64,000 nt of DNA, taken from assembly GCF_009914755.1 (NCBI RefSeq), contig NC_060947.1, one strand, 5' to 3'. This document shows positions 61,498 through 64,000 of the stretch, one piece after another; position 1 is the first letter of the stretch, and each line of letters starts with the position of its first letter. The position numbers were made by a program, and so were the translations under genes. The notes beneath the pieces are model-generated. The model was not told where the DNA came from. It worked only from the letters and a program-made list of their open reading frames with translations, and made no database searches. Source of the stretch: the human T2T-CHM13v2.0 reference genome, Homo sapiens.

Positions 61498-62866
61498 TTA
61501 AATGCTTTCTTCTTTGTCTTGTTTATTTCAATGTTTAAGGTTAGTTATTCCTCTGAGCACTGCTTTAGCAGCTGATGTGTGTATTTGGTCTTTTTTCTCT
61601 TAGCTCTTCTGTGTCTTCAGGTTTTTATTTTCCTATGAATGAAGAGTTGTTTGGAGGAGTTAAAAATTTCCAGTGAAGGTGCATTCTGCATTTTAATTTT
61701 ATTTATGTCTAGTTTTGTTGCACTGTGATTACAGAATGTTGTCTGAATTATTCTCTAATTTATTGATGTTAACTTTGAAGCTCATTATATGGTTGTTTTC
61801 TGTGAATGTTCCTTGGGCAGCGAAAAGAAGGTTATACTCTCTTCTCAGGTTGCAGAGTGTGATATGTCAGCTCTGCAATATTATGTTATTTAGGTTTTGT
61901 GTAACTTTACTTTTTTTATCCACCTGATTTGTCATGGATCAAACACAAGAGAAGTTAAAGTCTCCTAATAATGATTCTCTTTCTCCGTATAGCTCCTATT
62001 GTTTTTGCTTTATGACTATCAGTGTTATGTTTGATGCTTATTAACTCACATCCTCATTGTGAGATATACCCATTAGCATTAGAGTGCTGCCCTTTTACTA
62101 GTTGAAGGCTTTTTGGCCTGGATTCGTCCTTATTTGACATTGAGATCTAGTTCCCTATTTTCTTGTTTACATTTCCTGGGATAGCATTGCCATCCTTTTA
62201 TTTTCAGTTTTTCTGAATTACTTCGCTCTAAATATGTCTCTAAATGTAGTGTAAAGTTGGGTTTTGCTTTGTGAATCAGTCTTTTTCATGTGGTAAGTTT
62301 AACCTATTTATACTTACTGGTATGATAGATCTGTCATCTGTAATGATAAGCATTTGTAATTTTCTGTTGCTTTCTGTTTTTAATACCTCAGTTTTCCTAT
62401 GTTATATATTTGCTTTATTTTGCCATATTTATTTTAATAAATAACTAGGCTTGAATTTTTGGTTCTAGTGGTTATCTTTATAGTTATTACTTTATTTCTA
62501 TAGACCTTTGTCCCATATGGGTCACCACTTGTCAGCCAGGAGACCTTTGAGCACTTGAAATGTGGCTAGTGTGGCCGAAAAACTGAATTGACTTAATTTA
62601 AATTTAAAATGGATACTTGATGCAGTTAATTTTTACATCTGTGTAGAATAACTTGGATATGGAATCCACTTTATCACCTGTAAATTTTAGGAAATCTCTT
62701 TATAGGTCAATTATTTCTGATAGAAATTTAGCCTCTGAATTGAGATGTGCTTTCAGTATAAAATACACACTGGATTTCAAAGACTTAATATAAAAATAGT
62801 AAAATATCAGTACATCTTATATTGATTGCATGTTGAAATGGTAATATTTTAGATATGTTGGGTTAA

Positions 62867-63275
<409 letters not shown>

Positions 63276-63379
63276 CTCACATATTTATATTGGACAGTGT
63301 GGCTTCAGATAATATATGTTAATTCCTTATTGGGAGCAATGAAAACATCACATTTTAATGTTCAGAATAAACATTTATT

Positions 63380-64000
<621 letters not shown>

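Overview
Primate (human-like) genomic DNA, very rich in interspersed repeats. About 55 kb of intergenic sequence is followed by the CpG-island promoter, first coding exon (55747-55852, +) and start of intron 1 of PDK3 (pyruvate dehydrogenase kinase 3, X-linked in human). The only other gene-derived sequences I recognise are a full-length, ORF-intact RPS26 processed copy (minus strand, inserted in an MST LTR) and a 35-nt tailless U2 snRNA retro-fragment. The rest is Alu, L1, L2/MIR, MaLR/ERV LTRs (including one two-LTR MST provirus with its target-site duplication, TSD) and DNA-transposon fossils, often deeply nested. Almost all entries in the ORF track are repeat-derived artefacts. I found no evidence for a new biological system. 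The findings are mostly retrotransposition and rearrangement signatures readable from the sequence, plus candidate PDK3 regulatory motifs. Repeat subfamily names come from recalled consensus sequences, and boundaries without a quoted TSD are approximate.
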